Below, piece after piece: positions 10,248 through 18,513 of a DNA stretch of 64,000 nt. Both the position numbers and the translations under genes were made by a program. The DNA is from Nannocystis bainbridge. Its GTDB lineage: Bacteria; Myxococcota_A; Polyangia; Nannocystales; Nannocystaceae. A model generated the notes under the pieces. It had not been told where the DNA came from and searched no databases. It was given only the letters and a program-made list of their open reading frames with translations. Location: contig NZ_JAQNDL010000003.1 in assembly GCF_028368995.1 (NCBI RefSeq), forward strand, positions 2,784,001 through 2,848,000, read 5' to 3'. Position 1 is the stretch's first letter; every line of letters starts with the position of its first letter.

Positions 10248-10865
10248 GTGACCGACGACGCCGACCTACTGGCCCGCTGGCGCGCGGGAGATCCCGCCGC
10301 CGGCAGCGCGCTCGTCCGCCGCCACGTGGCGACGCTCGCCCGCTTCTTCCGCGGCAAGGCGGTCGACGTCGCCGACGTGGTCCAGCAGACCTTGACCGCC
10401 TGCGTCCAGGCCAAGGGCCGCGTCCCCGACGGGCTCGAGTTCCGCGCCTACCTCCTCGGCATCGCGCGGAACGTGCTGCTGCACGATCTCCGGCGCCGCG
10501 GACGCAAGCCCGAGCCCCACGGCCTCGACGACCTCCCCCTCGCCGCCCCCAGCGCGCTCTCGCCGAGCCGCGCCGTGGCCGCCCGCGAGGAGCGGCGCCT
10601 GCTCCTACGCGCCCTGCGTCGGCTGCCCTACGACCTGCAGTGGCTGATCGAGCTCCACTACTGGGAGGGGCTGCGCCAGGACGACGTCGCCGCCGTGCTC
10701 GAGGTCCCGCCTGGCACGATCAAGAGTCGGCTGTCGCGGGCAAAGAAGCTGCTGCGCGCCGAGATCGAGGCGCTCGCGGCCGATCCCGCGCTGCGGGCCT
10801 CGACCGTCGACGACCTCGACCGCTGGGCCCGCGAGCTCGCCGCGCTCCGCGACGACGAGCCCTGA
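10248..10865 (+). CDS. ECF RNA polymerase sigma factor
   Basis: Region 2 (DVVQQT, FRAYLLGIARN) and region 4 (LHYWEGL...VAAVLEVPPGTIKSRLSRAK). C-terminal extension TVDDLDRWAREL. Confidence 0.9.
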   Translation: MTDDADLLARWRAGDPAAGSALVRRHVATLARFFRGKAVDVADVVQQTLTACVQAKGRVPDGLEFRAYLLGIARNVLLHDLRRRGRKPEPHGLDDLPLAAPSALSPSRAVAAREERRLLLRALRRLPYDLQWLIELHYWEGLRQDDVAAVLEVPPGTIKSRLSRAKKLLRAEIEALAADPALRASTVDDLDRWARELAALRDDEP

Positions 10866-10878
10866 GCGCGCCGCGACC

Positions 10879-11595
10879 TCAGGTCGCGCGGCCGAACACG
10901 AAGAGGTCGGTCGGGACCAGCGCCGTGTGCCCGCCGGGCAACGTCAACGTGGTGTGGATCGAGCCCTTGCCCTGGGCGATCGGCGTCAGCCCGGCGAGCG
11001 CGAACAGGCGCGTCAGGTCTCCGCGCTGCAGGGCGGCCGGGCGGATCCCGTGCCGCAGCACCTGCTGCAGCCCGGGCGGCGGCCCGCCGAATTCGGCGAA
11101 CAGATACTCGAAGTAGGCGTCCGCGGCCGGCGACAGCTCGCACACCAGGGCGCGCCCGCGGTGGCCGAGCAGCGCCCGCAGCCCGGCCACCGCCTGCACG
11201 CGCGCGGCCTCGTCCAGTTGGTGAAAGACGGCCCGCACGTACACGTTTGCGTCGCCGATCCGGCGCTGCAGGGCGGCCGCGGCGGCGGGGTCGAGCAGGT
11301 CGAGGACGACGAACTCGAGCCCGGGTAGAGGCTCGCCGGCGAGCGCGATCGCCAGCCCCGCTGCGGACACATCGGCCCCCACGACGCGAGAGAATTGCCG
11401 CGCCAGCGCCCGGGTCTGGGTCCCGTGGCCGCAGCCGAGATCGACGATCGGCAAGGTCCGATCGAGGTGGGCGCCGAACCGGCGCAGGTCGTCCTCGACC
11501 CCGACCTCCGGGCGGCTGTCCCAAAAGACCTGCCCCGTCGCGTCGGTGTCGCTCCAGTAGTCGTCCCACAGCTTGGCGTAGTCCGCGGCGCTCAT
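10879..11595 (-). CDS. Class I SAM-dependent methyltransferase
   Basis: IVDLGCGHGTQT motif I, VVGADVS. ATG at MSAADYAK with AGGAG upstream. Confidence 0.85.
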   Translation of the reverse strand: MSAADYAKLWDDYWSDTDATGQVFWDSRPEVGVEDDLRRFGAHLDRTLPIVDLGCGHGTQTRALARQFSRVVGADVSAAGLAIALAGEPLPGLEFVVLDLLDPAAAAALQRRIGDANVYVRAVFHQLDEAARVQAVAGLRALLGHRGRALVCELSPAADAYFEYLFAEFGGPPPGLQQVLRHGIRPAALQRGDLTRLFALAGLTPIAQGKGSIHTTLTLPGGHTALVPTDLFVFGRAT

Positions 11596-11633
11596 CGGCT
11601 CTCCTCCTGCCCGCACGTGGCGGGCCTCGCTGC

Positions 11634-11708
11634 AATTCCCGCCGCCGCCAGAAGGTTCACGCGAACCCCCAGAAAATTTCCGTGAACCAAACGGCGCGCG
11701 CGGGAATT
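11634..11708. promoter_or_regulatory. Pair of divergent ECF-type promoters, CGTGAACC-N13-GGGAATT on both strands
   Basis: Plus copy 11681-11708 points at the 11743 gene. Minus copy 11661-11634 points at the methyltransferase. Boxes and spacing are identical, spacers differ. Confidence 0.7.
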
Positions 11709-11742
11709 CCTCGATCGACCCACCTTCAAGGAGTCCGATCCG

Positions 11743-12159
11743 ATGTTGAAGCTCGAAGCGCGCGAGTACGGCCCCGACAGCACCCCCGCCGAGATCGAGG
11801 CGATCCAGGCCCGCCTCTGCCTGATGCTCCCCCGCGTGGTCATGTACCGCGAGGCGCCCGTCCCCAGCCCGTTCCAGATCGGCGTGTTCGGCGAGAAGCT
11901 GCGGCGCATCACCGCCGACCTCGCCGCCTACGACATGATCATGGACCTCTCCGAGGCCAAGCCGCCGGGGGGCCGCTGCCGTGAGGCGCTGCGCGAGCTG
12001 TTCGCCGCTGAGCACAAGCTCCAGCGGGTGGCCGTGTTCACCGGCGGCAACTTCATCATCAACAGCGTCGCCAAGCTCCTGCTCAAGAACTGCGGGGTCC
12101 GCAACCTGACGATGTGCAAGGACGAGGCGGAGGCGCTGTCGACGATCGGCGCGCGATGA
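11743..12159 (+). CDS. Stand-alone STAS/SEC14-like domain protein, paralog of the C-terminal domain of the kinase at 8822-10168
   Basis: AAGGAG Shine-Dalgarno. Aligns by eye with the kinase C-terminus ([25 protein letters not shown] vs AIRARIALLEPGVIRYHEIPLPSEF). Confidence 0.8.
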   Translation: MLKLEAREYGPDSTPAEIEAIQARLCLMLPRVVMYREAPVPSPFQIGVFGEKLRRITADLAAYDMIMDLSEAKPPGGRCREALRELFAAEHKLQRVAVFTGGNFIINSVAKLLLKNCGVRNLTMCKDEAEALSTIGAR

Positions 12160-12274
12160 CCGCGGACCTGTCGCCCGCCGCAGGCCCAGGCCCAGCGGCG
12201 GGCTCGTCGGCCCGCCGAGTTTCTTGTCCCACACGCGACCTGCCTACAAGGAGGCACTCCCCGGAGCTGCCCCA

Positions 12275-12493
12275 ATGCCAGAGCTGACCGCCTCCGAGGA
12301 CAAGGTCGCTTTCTCGCTCGACAACCGCCAGGTCTTCTTCCTGTTTTTCGGCCTGTCGGTGGTCGGATGCTTCGTCTTCGCGCTCGGCGTGATGGTCGGG
12401 CGCCGCAACGAGGCCGGCCTGGCCGACGCCCAGTCGGTCGCCCGTAACGACGCCCGCGCGGTGCTCGCCGAACCCGAGCCGCTGCTCGCCTGA
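12275..12493 (+). CDS. Small membrane protein resembling the N-terminal anchor of myxobacterial SPOR-domain proteins (possibly truncated)
   Basis: [32 protein letters not shown] single transmembrane segment. No SPOR domain follows. Confidence 0.5.
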   Translation: MPELTASEDKVAFSLDNRQVFFLFFGLSVVGCFVFALGVMVGRRNEAGLADAQSVARNDARAVLAEPEPLLA

Positions 12494-12709
12494 TCGCGTG
12501 CTTCTGGGCGATGCGCGCTCGACCTCGTGCGTCCCACAGCGTGGTTGCAGACAGGTTCGCACCCCTGAAACACACGTATCATCAAGCAGCATTCACGCCC
12601 GCGCCGAGGGGCTCCCGAATGGTCATAGGGGCCATCGCTAACCCCGACGGCCGCGTCGGACCGAAGACCATCGCGGCGCTCGACGCCCGCGACCCCCGGG
12701 CCGCAGACA

Positions 12710-13432
12710 TCACTCGTCCGAGGGCAACGTCCGCTCCCCCGCCAACGCCACGAGCGCCGCGAAGACCCGCCGTTGCTGCGCCTCGTGGTTCTCGCTGCGG
12801 CCTCGCCACCGCGCCCGCCCGCCGACCCATCCCGCGATCGCGCCGGTCGAAGTCAGCGCCCCCAACAGCAGGAGCAGCAGCGCCTTGATCACCACCCCCT
12901 TCAGCAGCACGACCGCGAACACCCCGGCGAAGAAACCGGCGAGGCCGCCGAGGAACGCGCTCGCCACCGTCACGCTCGCGTCCATGCGTTCTTCAAGGCG
13001 CAGGGTCGTGCGGCCCGCGTGCTCGACCACCGTGAAGTGCATCCAGCGCGCCGGGTTGGCCGTCGTCGACCAGATCCGCGCCCCGGCCTCGTGCTTCAGC
13101 TGCCCCGGGTCGCCGACCGAGCGCCGCAGCACCTCGATCATCTGCGACAGCGTCGCCTCGTCGACGCTGCCGTCGACGACCTCCTCGAACATCAGCTCCG
13201 TCTTGCCTCCCGCCCACCACACCGGCCGGTTGCGGTCGCCCTGGATCGCCAGCTCCCCGGCCGCGCGCGCGACCAGTGCCTTCGAGATCCCCAGCTCCTG
13301 CACGACCTCCTCGATCTCCCCCTGACTCATCGACCGCGCGTCGGTCTTCTCGCCCTCGCGCGCGTGCAGCTCCGCGACGCGCTTGAGGATCTGGCCGACC
13401 TCGCGGTCGTCGTAGCGGCGGTCCCCGGACAT
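12710..13432 (-). CDS. Hypothetical membrane protein (two C-terminal transmembrane helices)
   Basis: RRYDDREVGQILKRVAEL...EIEEVVQELGIS N-terminus, hydrophobic C-terminus, GC3-rich codons. Confidence 0.75.
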   Translation of the reverse strand: MSGDRRYDDREVGQILKRVAELHAREGEKTDARSMSQGEIEEVVQELGISKALVARAAGELAIQGDRNRPVWWAGGKTELMFEEVVDGSVDEATLSQMIEVLRRSVGDPGQLKHEAGARIWSTTANPARWMHFTVVEHAGRTTLRLEERMDASVTVASAFLGGLAGFFAGVFAVVLLKGVVIKALLLLLLGALTSTGAIAGWVGGRARWRGRSENHEAQQRRVFAALVALAGERTLPSDE

Positions 13433-13615
13433 GCCAGAACCCTAGCATCCGCCCACCAGCGTTGCGCATGCAACCACGCGGCGATCTCGGCGCGACGGCC
13501 TGGCGAGCGCGATCGAGAGCGGCGATCGGGCCGGACCTTTGGCAGCGCGAGCTCGAGGCCTGGCCCTGGGGCCATCGTTCCGCCCTCCCGGCGTCGGACA
13601 GATTGCGCGCGGCGA

Positions 13616-14506
13616 TCAGCGCCGCGCCGGGCCGCGCACATCGACGCTCGCGCCGACGGCCGTCAGCGCCCGCGCGAGCACCCACACCTCGGTCCAGCTC
13701 AGGCCGTCCTTGAGCATCACGTCGGTCGACTCGGCCAGTTCCTTGGCCTCCTGGAGCCCGAGCGTGGTGGCCTGGCGGATGATCCTGATGACGGGGATCC
13801 TGAATCCCCCGTTGGACCGCAACACCACCCCGTAGCCGCGCTTCGGCTCGGGCAACCCTGGCTCGCTGCTCACCTCGCCGGGCGGCACCGGCTTCGACGA
13901 GCTGCTCGCTGCGCCGGGCGGCACCGGCTTCGGCGAGCTGCTCGCCGCACTCGGCGGCACCGGCGTCGGCGGGTTGCCTCCCGCGCCCCACGTCACCGCC
14001 GCCGACTCGCCGCTCACCGCCCGCTCGGGCGGCGCGCTGCTCTCGTGGGCGCGAACCTCGACAGTCGCCCCGGCCTCGAGCAACTCGTCGCGCAGCGCCT
14101 CCGCCTCCTCTTGAACGATCTGCCGGCGCACCAGGCACGGCGCGTCGTCGACCAGCTCGACCGCCTCGCGCAGTCCGAAGCCCATCATCCGCTTCAGCGC
14201 GCGCACCACGTGGATCTTGCTGGCGCCCTGTGCTTGCAAGTACACGTCGAAGAACGCGGGGCCATGGGCCCGCAGCTCGACGGTCGCGCCTGCGGCGACC
14301 AGCGCGACGCGCAGCGCCTCGGCCAGGGCGGGCGCAAGTCGAGTACCCATCGCGCTCGGCGTGCGCGCCACCAGCTCCGCCGCCGCCGCCGCCTCGAGGG
14401 CCATCCTCGCTCGCAGCGTCTCGATGACTGCCGCCGGGTTCGACCCCACAGCTTGCAGGATCACGTCCTGCAAGACCCCTTCGCCCGACTGGTCTCCGAC
14501 CGTCAT
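13616..14506 (-). CDS. Protein with repeated ribosomal L7/L12 C-terminal-like domains
   Basis: KIHVVRALKRMMGFGLREAVELVDDAP...LLEAGATVEV and RIPVIRIIRQATTLGLQEAKELAE...GASVDV, plus a degenerate N-terminal copy. Confidence 0.75.
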   Translation of the reverse strand: MTVGDQSGEGVLQDVILQAVGSNPAAVIETLRARMALEAAAAAELVARTPSAMGTRLAPALAEALRVALVAAGATVELRAHGPAFFDVYLQAQGASKIHVVRALKRMMGFGLREAVELVDDAPCLVRRQIVQEEAEALRDELLEAGATVEVRAHESSAPPERAVSGESAAVTWGAGGNPPTPVPPSAASSSPKPVPPGAASSSSKPVPPGEVSSEPGLPEPKRGYGVVLRSNGGFRIPVIRIIRQATTLGLQEAKELAESTDVMLKDGLSWTEVWVLARALTAVGASVDVRGPARR

Positions 14507-15005
14507 CCCTCGACGATACTCGAATCACCGCCAGCCCCGAACGGGCAACCTATAAGCACTCGCAGCGGCGATCCTCCTCGGCTGCATCCCGACCCTCGCC
14601 CACGACGCTCCCTGTCGACCTGTCCCCGCGGCCAGGCAGCCCCCGACCTCCGCCTCTTCCACCCATCGCGGCTCCAGCAATCCGCACCTGATCTTTGCCA
14701 GCTCACCCCTACGGTCGCCGCAATACCAATGGACCGTAAGGCAGCGACACCTCGGTCAATCCTTCCATCACCCCGCGCGCACGCGGTCGCGCCGCCGAAG
14801 GCGCGACGATCAGCACGCGACCGTCGTCGGTTCGCGCGAGGATCTGCGGGCCCCTGCCGCCTCCATCACCCGCGCCCCACGTTGTCATGACCATCGAGCT
14901 CCGGAACCATCGTCAGTCATGAAACAAGCCAATTCATGGGACAGACCCTTCAGCCCGTCGCCAGCCTCCCGCTCACATGCAAAAACAGCACCTCGCCCCG
15001 ATTCG

Positions 15006-16016
15006 CTACCCTGCTTCGCCGCGCCGGCGCCAGCCTTGCGGCGTCTCGCCGGTCCAGCGCTTGAACGCGCGGAAGAACGGCGCCGGCTCGGCGTACCCGA
15101 GCAGCACTGCCACCTCCGACGCGCTCAGCGAGCGGTCCGCCAGCAGATGCACCGCCCGCGCGTGCCTCGCCTCCTCGACCAGCCCCGCGAAGTTGGTCTG
15201 CTCGTCGAGCAGTCGCCGGTGCAGCGTCCGCTCCGACACCCCCAGGCGCTTCGCCACCGCCTGCAGCCGCGGCTCGCCCTCCGCCAGCGCCGCCCCGATC
15301 TCCCGCCGCACCCGATCGGCCCATGAAGCGTCCGCCGGCAGTTGGGCCAGCATCGACTCCGTGCGGCGGGCCAGGTAGCCGAACAGCTGCGGATCGGCGC
15401 GCGGCAGCGGCACCTCCAAAATTTCCGCCGCGAACCCGATCTGCAGCAGCGGCGCGTCCCAGGCCACCGGGCAGGCGAAATGCGCCTCGACCTCGCGCGG
15501 CTCCGCCGGTCGTGACAGCGGCAACGCCACGAACGCCGCCCGCGTGCCCGCCCCCGCGATCCCGCCCATCATCGTCACGATCGACGCCGCCTGCGCCAGC
15601 ACCGGCTCGCGCAGCTGAGCGAACGCCGGCACCATCGCCCGCACGAACACCACGTAATCACCGGCCGCGTCGCGTCGGCGCTCGAGCTGCGGCACCAGGC
15701 CCGGGTACAGCACCGCGCCGACCCGCTGCTGCCACGCCAGCGCGTCGCCGACCGTCGCCTCGTGCTGCATCGCGTAGCCGATCACGCCCAGCCCGGCGAT
15801 CCCGAGCCGCGCCCCGATCTGCAGCCCGTCGCCGCGGCGCGACAGGATCTCCCACATCTTCAGGTGCGGCCCCAGAGGCACCCGCGCGTCCGGGTCCGTC
15901 AGCGCTGACGGATCGATCCCCGCCTCGCGCACGATCGCCGCCGCGTCCGCCCCCAGCCGCTCCGCCGCCGCCAGCACCTGGACCGTCATCGCCGCCAGCA
16001 CCGAGGGGCCCGTCAT
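15006..16016 (-). CDS. AraC-family transcriptional regulator (Arabinose_bd_2-like N-domain)
   Basis: VAKRLGVSERTLHRRL and SEVAVLLGYAEPAPFFRAFKRWTGETP. Divergent from the monooxygenase. Confidence 0.9.
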   Translation of the reverse strand: MTGPSVLAAMTVQVLAAAERLGADAAAIVREAGIDPSALTDPDARVPLGPHLKMWEILSRRGDGLQIGARLGIAGLGVIGYAMQHEATVGDALAWQQRVGAVLYPGLVPQLERRRDAAGDYVVFVRAMVPAFAQLREPVLAQAASIVTMMGGIAGAGTRAAFVALPLSRPAEPREVEAHFACPVAWDAPLLQIGFAAEILEVPLPRADPQLFGYLARRTESMLAQLPADASWADRVRREIGAALAEGEPRLQAVAKRLGVSERTLHRRLLDEQTNFAGLVEEARHARAVHLLADRSLSASEVAVLLGYAEPAPFFRAFKRWTGETPQGWRRRGEAG

Positions 16017-16107
16017 CGCCGCGGATCTTCGACGATGGCCGGCAAAGCCACAAGCTTGGCGGCCGCGGTCAAGGCGGCCCGCGCCCGCGCGCCGCATCCT
16101 CCTCGCC

Positions 16108-17265
16108 ATGAACCTCTCGCAGCTCCACGTCCTCGTCGTCGGTGGTGCCACCGGCGGCGCCGCCACGGCCCTCCTCCTCGCGCGCGCCGGAGCCCGCGTC
16201 ACCCTGCTCGAGAAGGTCGCCCAGCCGCGCGCCGTCGGGGCCGGCATCGCCCTCGCCGAGAACGGCCTCGCCGTGCTCGAATCGATCGGCCTCGGCCCGG
16301 CGATCGCCGCCAGCGGTCGCGCCGTCGACGCGCCCGCGGTCGTCGACGCGCGCGGCCGCATGATGCTCGCCCCGCCGCGCCCGGCCCCGCGCGTCCGCAT
16401 GCTCCGGCGCAGCGCCCTGCAGGGCCTGCTGCTCGACGCCCTCGCCGCCGAGCCGCGCGTCGAGCGGCAGTTCGGCGCCGAGGTGATCGGCGCCGAGCGG
16501 GACGGTCGCGTGCTCGCGCGCATCGACGGCCGCACCGTCGAGCACCGCGCCGACCTGGTCGTCGGCGCCGACGGGGTCCATTCGCGGATCCGCAGCGCCG
16601 GCCGGTTCGGCGCCCGGGTCCGCCCGCCCGGCATCCCGTACCTGCGCGCGCTCGTCGAGGTCGACGCCGCCCAGGGCGTCGAGGCCTGGACCGGCGCGGG
16701 CATCTTCGGCAGCTTCGCGGTCGACGGCGGCACCTATTTCTTCGCCTCCGCCGGCACCCGCGCCTGCCGTCGCGCCGTCGCCGAGCGCGACCTCGACGGC
16801 CTGCGCCAGGTGTGGGCCCGCGCCTATCCGGCCTCGGTCCCCCTGCTCGCCGCGGTAAGGCGATTCGACGACCTCATCTTCAACCGCGTCACCCGCGTCG
16901 ACTGCCAGCAATGGGTCGACGACCGCCTCGTCCTGCTCGGCGACGCCGCCCACGCCATGGCGCCCAACCTCGGCCAGGGGGCCAACAGCGCCCTCGTCGA
17001 CGCCGCCGTCCTGCTCGACGAGCTGCGCCGCGCGGGCACCCTCGCCGCTGGCCTCGACGCCTACCAACAGCGCCGCCGCCCCGCCGTGCACAAGGTCGCC
17101 CGCGCCGCCGCCGGCCTCGGCGCCCTCGCCGAGCTCACCAACCCCGTCGCCCGCTGGCTGCGCGACCGCCTGCTGCTCCCCGTGGCAACCCGCCTCGGCG
17201 GCGACGCCACCCCGGTCGTCATGCAGGAGCTCCCCGCCACCCTGCTGGCGATCGGCCGCGCCTGA
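16108..17265 (+). CDS. FAD-dependent monooxygenase (UbiH/salicylate hydroxylase family)
   Basis: VLVVGGATGG, VGADGVHSRIR, LLGDAAHAMAPNLGQGANSALVDA. Confidence 0.9.
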   Translation: MNLSQLHVLVVGGATGGAATALLLARAGARVTLLEKVAQPRAVGAGIALAENGLAVLESIGLGPAIAASGRAVDAPAVVDARGRMMLAPPRPAPRVRMLRRSALQGLLLDALAAEPRVERQFGAEVIGAERDGRVLARIDGRTVEHRADLVVGADGVHSRIRSAGRFGARVRPPGIPYLRALVEVDAAQGVEAWTGAGIFGSFAVDGGTYFFASAGTRACRRAVAERDLDGLRQVWARAYPASVPLLAAVRRFDDLIFNRVTRVDCQQWVDDRLVLLGDAAHAMAPNLGQGANSALVDAAVLLDELRRAGTLAAGLDAYQQRRRPAVHKVARAAAGLGALAELTNPVARWLRDRLLLPVATRLGGDATPVVMQELPATLLAIGRA

Positions 17266-17283
17266 CCGCCGAGTCGCAAAACA

Positions 17284-17367
17284 TGTCCTCGAAGACATTC
17301 CCTATCGAACATGTCCTCGATGGCATGCTCTTACCGACATGACCTTTCGAGCATGCCCGTTCGTACA
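17284..17367. repeat. Tandem array of six 14-bp quasi-palindromes (TGTCCnnnnGGACA family)
   Basis: tgtcctcgaagaca/ttccctatcgaaca/tgtcctcgatggca/tgctcttaccgaca/tgacctttcgagca/tgcccgttcgtaca. Exact 14-bp period, between convergent genes. Confidence 0.85.
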
Positions 17368-17479
17368 GGCATACCCGGGCGGGCCCACGGCGGGTACCAG
17401 TCGACTTGAGCCGAGGTCCGGCGCAGGCGAACCTCGTCACGCTCGCTCGCATCCGCATCGGGTCGCCTCAAACAGGCTG

Positions 17480-18337
17480 TCACCCGCCGCGCGGCCCCGC
17501 CTGCTTCACCGCCTTCGCCCAGCCTCTCGGCGCCGGCGGCTGCCCGCGCAGATACGCCTCCCACGTGCTCGTGTCGTCGAAGCGGTAGCCCGCCCACAGG
17601 CTCCACGCGTCCGTGTAGCTGACCTCCCCGTCGTACTGCCCGCGCAGCGCCGCCGGCTCCTCCCCGCGCGACCACGGGGCCGGCAGTAGCCCGTGGGCCG
17701 CCAGCAGCACGGCCGCCTGCGCGTACGTCTCGCCTTCCAGCGTCTCCGCCTTCCCGTCGCGCACCGCCTCGAGCACCGCCTCCCAGCTCGTCGGCGCCGG
17801 CCCCACCGCCGCCAGCCACTCCGTCAACGTCCCCTCGGCGCGCCGCCTCGCGCACCAGCGCGCCCAAAAATCGTACTTACGCGCCCCGTAGCGGAACTCC
17901 GTCGCCGGCAGGCGTTCCCCGCGGCCCGCCCACGGCGCCGGCGGCATCGACCCGTGCAGCCGCTCCCACGCCACGATCGCCACATCGTCCGCGATCACCC
18001 CCGCCGCCTCGAGCTCTGCCCGCAGCGACCCGTCGTCGTCGCGCGGCCGCAGCTCCGGCGCATACGTCGACACCGCCGAGCGCGTCCATGTGCGAGGCGC
18101 CGGCGCGTGCCTTTTTAAATACGCCAACCGCCAACCGCGATCGCTCGGCGCCCGCGCCAACCACTCGTGCCATATCTCCGCCCAGCTCTCCCCGTAGCCC
18201 ATCCGCCAGCCGATGCTGCTATGCGGGATCTCGGGCCAACGGGCCCACGGCGGCGCCACATCGCCCTGCGCATCGCTGGCCTCCGCGATCGCCCGGGTCA
18301 GGAATGCCTCTTGATCGAAGCTCACCCGGGCGAGCAT
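17480..18337 (-). CDS. Hypothetical Trp-rich protein
   Basis: PPWARWPEIPHSSIGWRMGYGE motif, GC3 bias. Start is ATG 18337 or GTG 18325. Confidence 0.7.
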   Translation of the reverse strand: MLARVSFDQEAFLTRAIAEASDAQGDVAPPWARWPEIPHSSIGWRMGYGESWAEIWHEWLARAPSDRGWRLAYLKRHAPAPRTWTRSAVSTYAPELRPRDDDGSLRAELEAAGVIADDVAIVAWERLHGSMPPAPWAGRGERLPATEFRYGARKYDFWARWCARRRAEGTLTEWLAAVGPAPTSWEAVLEAVRDGKAETLEGETYAQAAVLLAAHGLLPAPWSRGEEPAALRGQYDGEVSYTDAWSLWAGYRFDDTSTWEAYLRGQPPAPRGWAKAVKQAGPRGG

Positions 18338-18513
18338 ACGACCTCGGCCGCGAGCCGTCCGCGCATCTCGCTCGCACGTGCGATTCCCGGGTCGGAGCGC
18401 GCCGGACGAGCGAGCTTTGCGCGGGGCCCTGCGCCACAATTCGGGCCAGCCTGCGCCGGTCGCCGCCTGAGCCTGGTCAGGTCCGCGCCGCTTCGGTGTT
18501 ATGCCTCGCCATC

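Noticed and set aside
14510-15000. Possible small gene or ncRNA in the intergenic stretch
   Set aside because: Short ORFs lack codon bias and motifs, and no recognisable RNA structure was seen.
17284-17367. 14-bp arrays as CRISPR or simple VNTR
   Set aside because: The period is far too short for CRISPR. Units differ in their centres while keeping palindromic arms, unlike slippage repeats.
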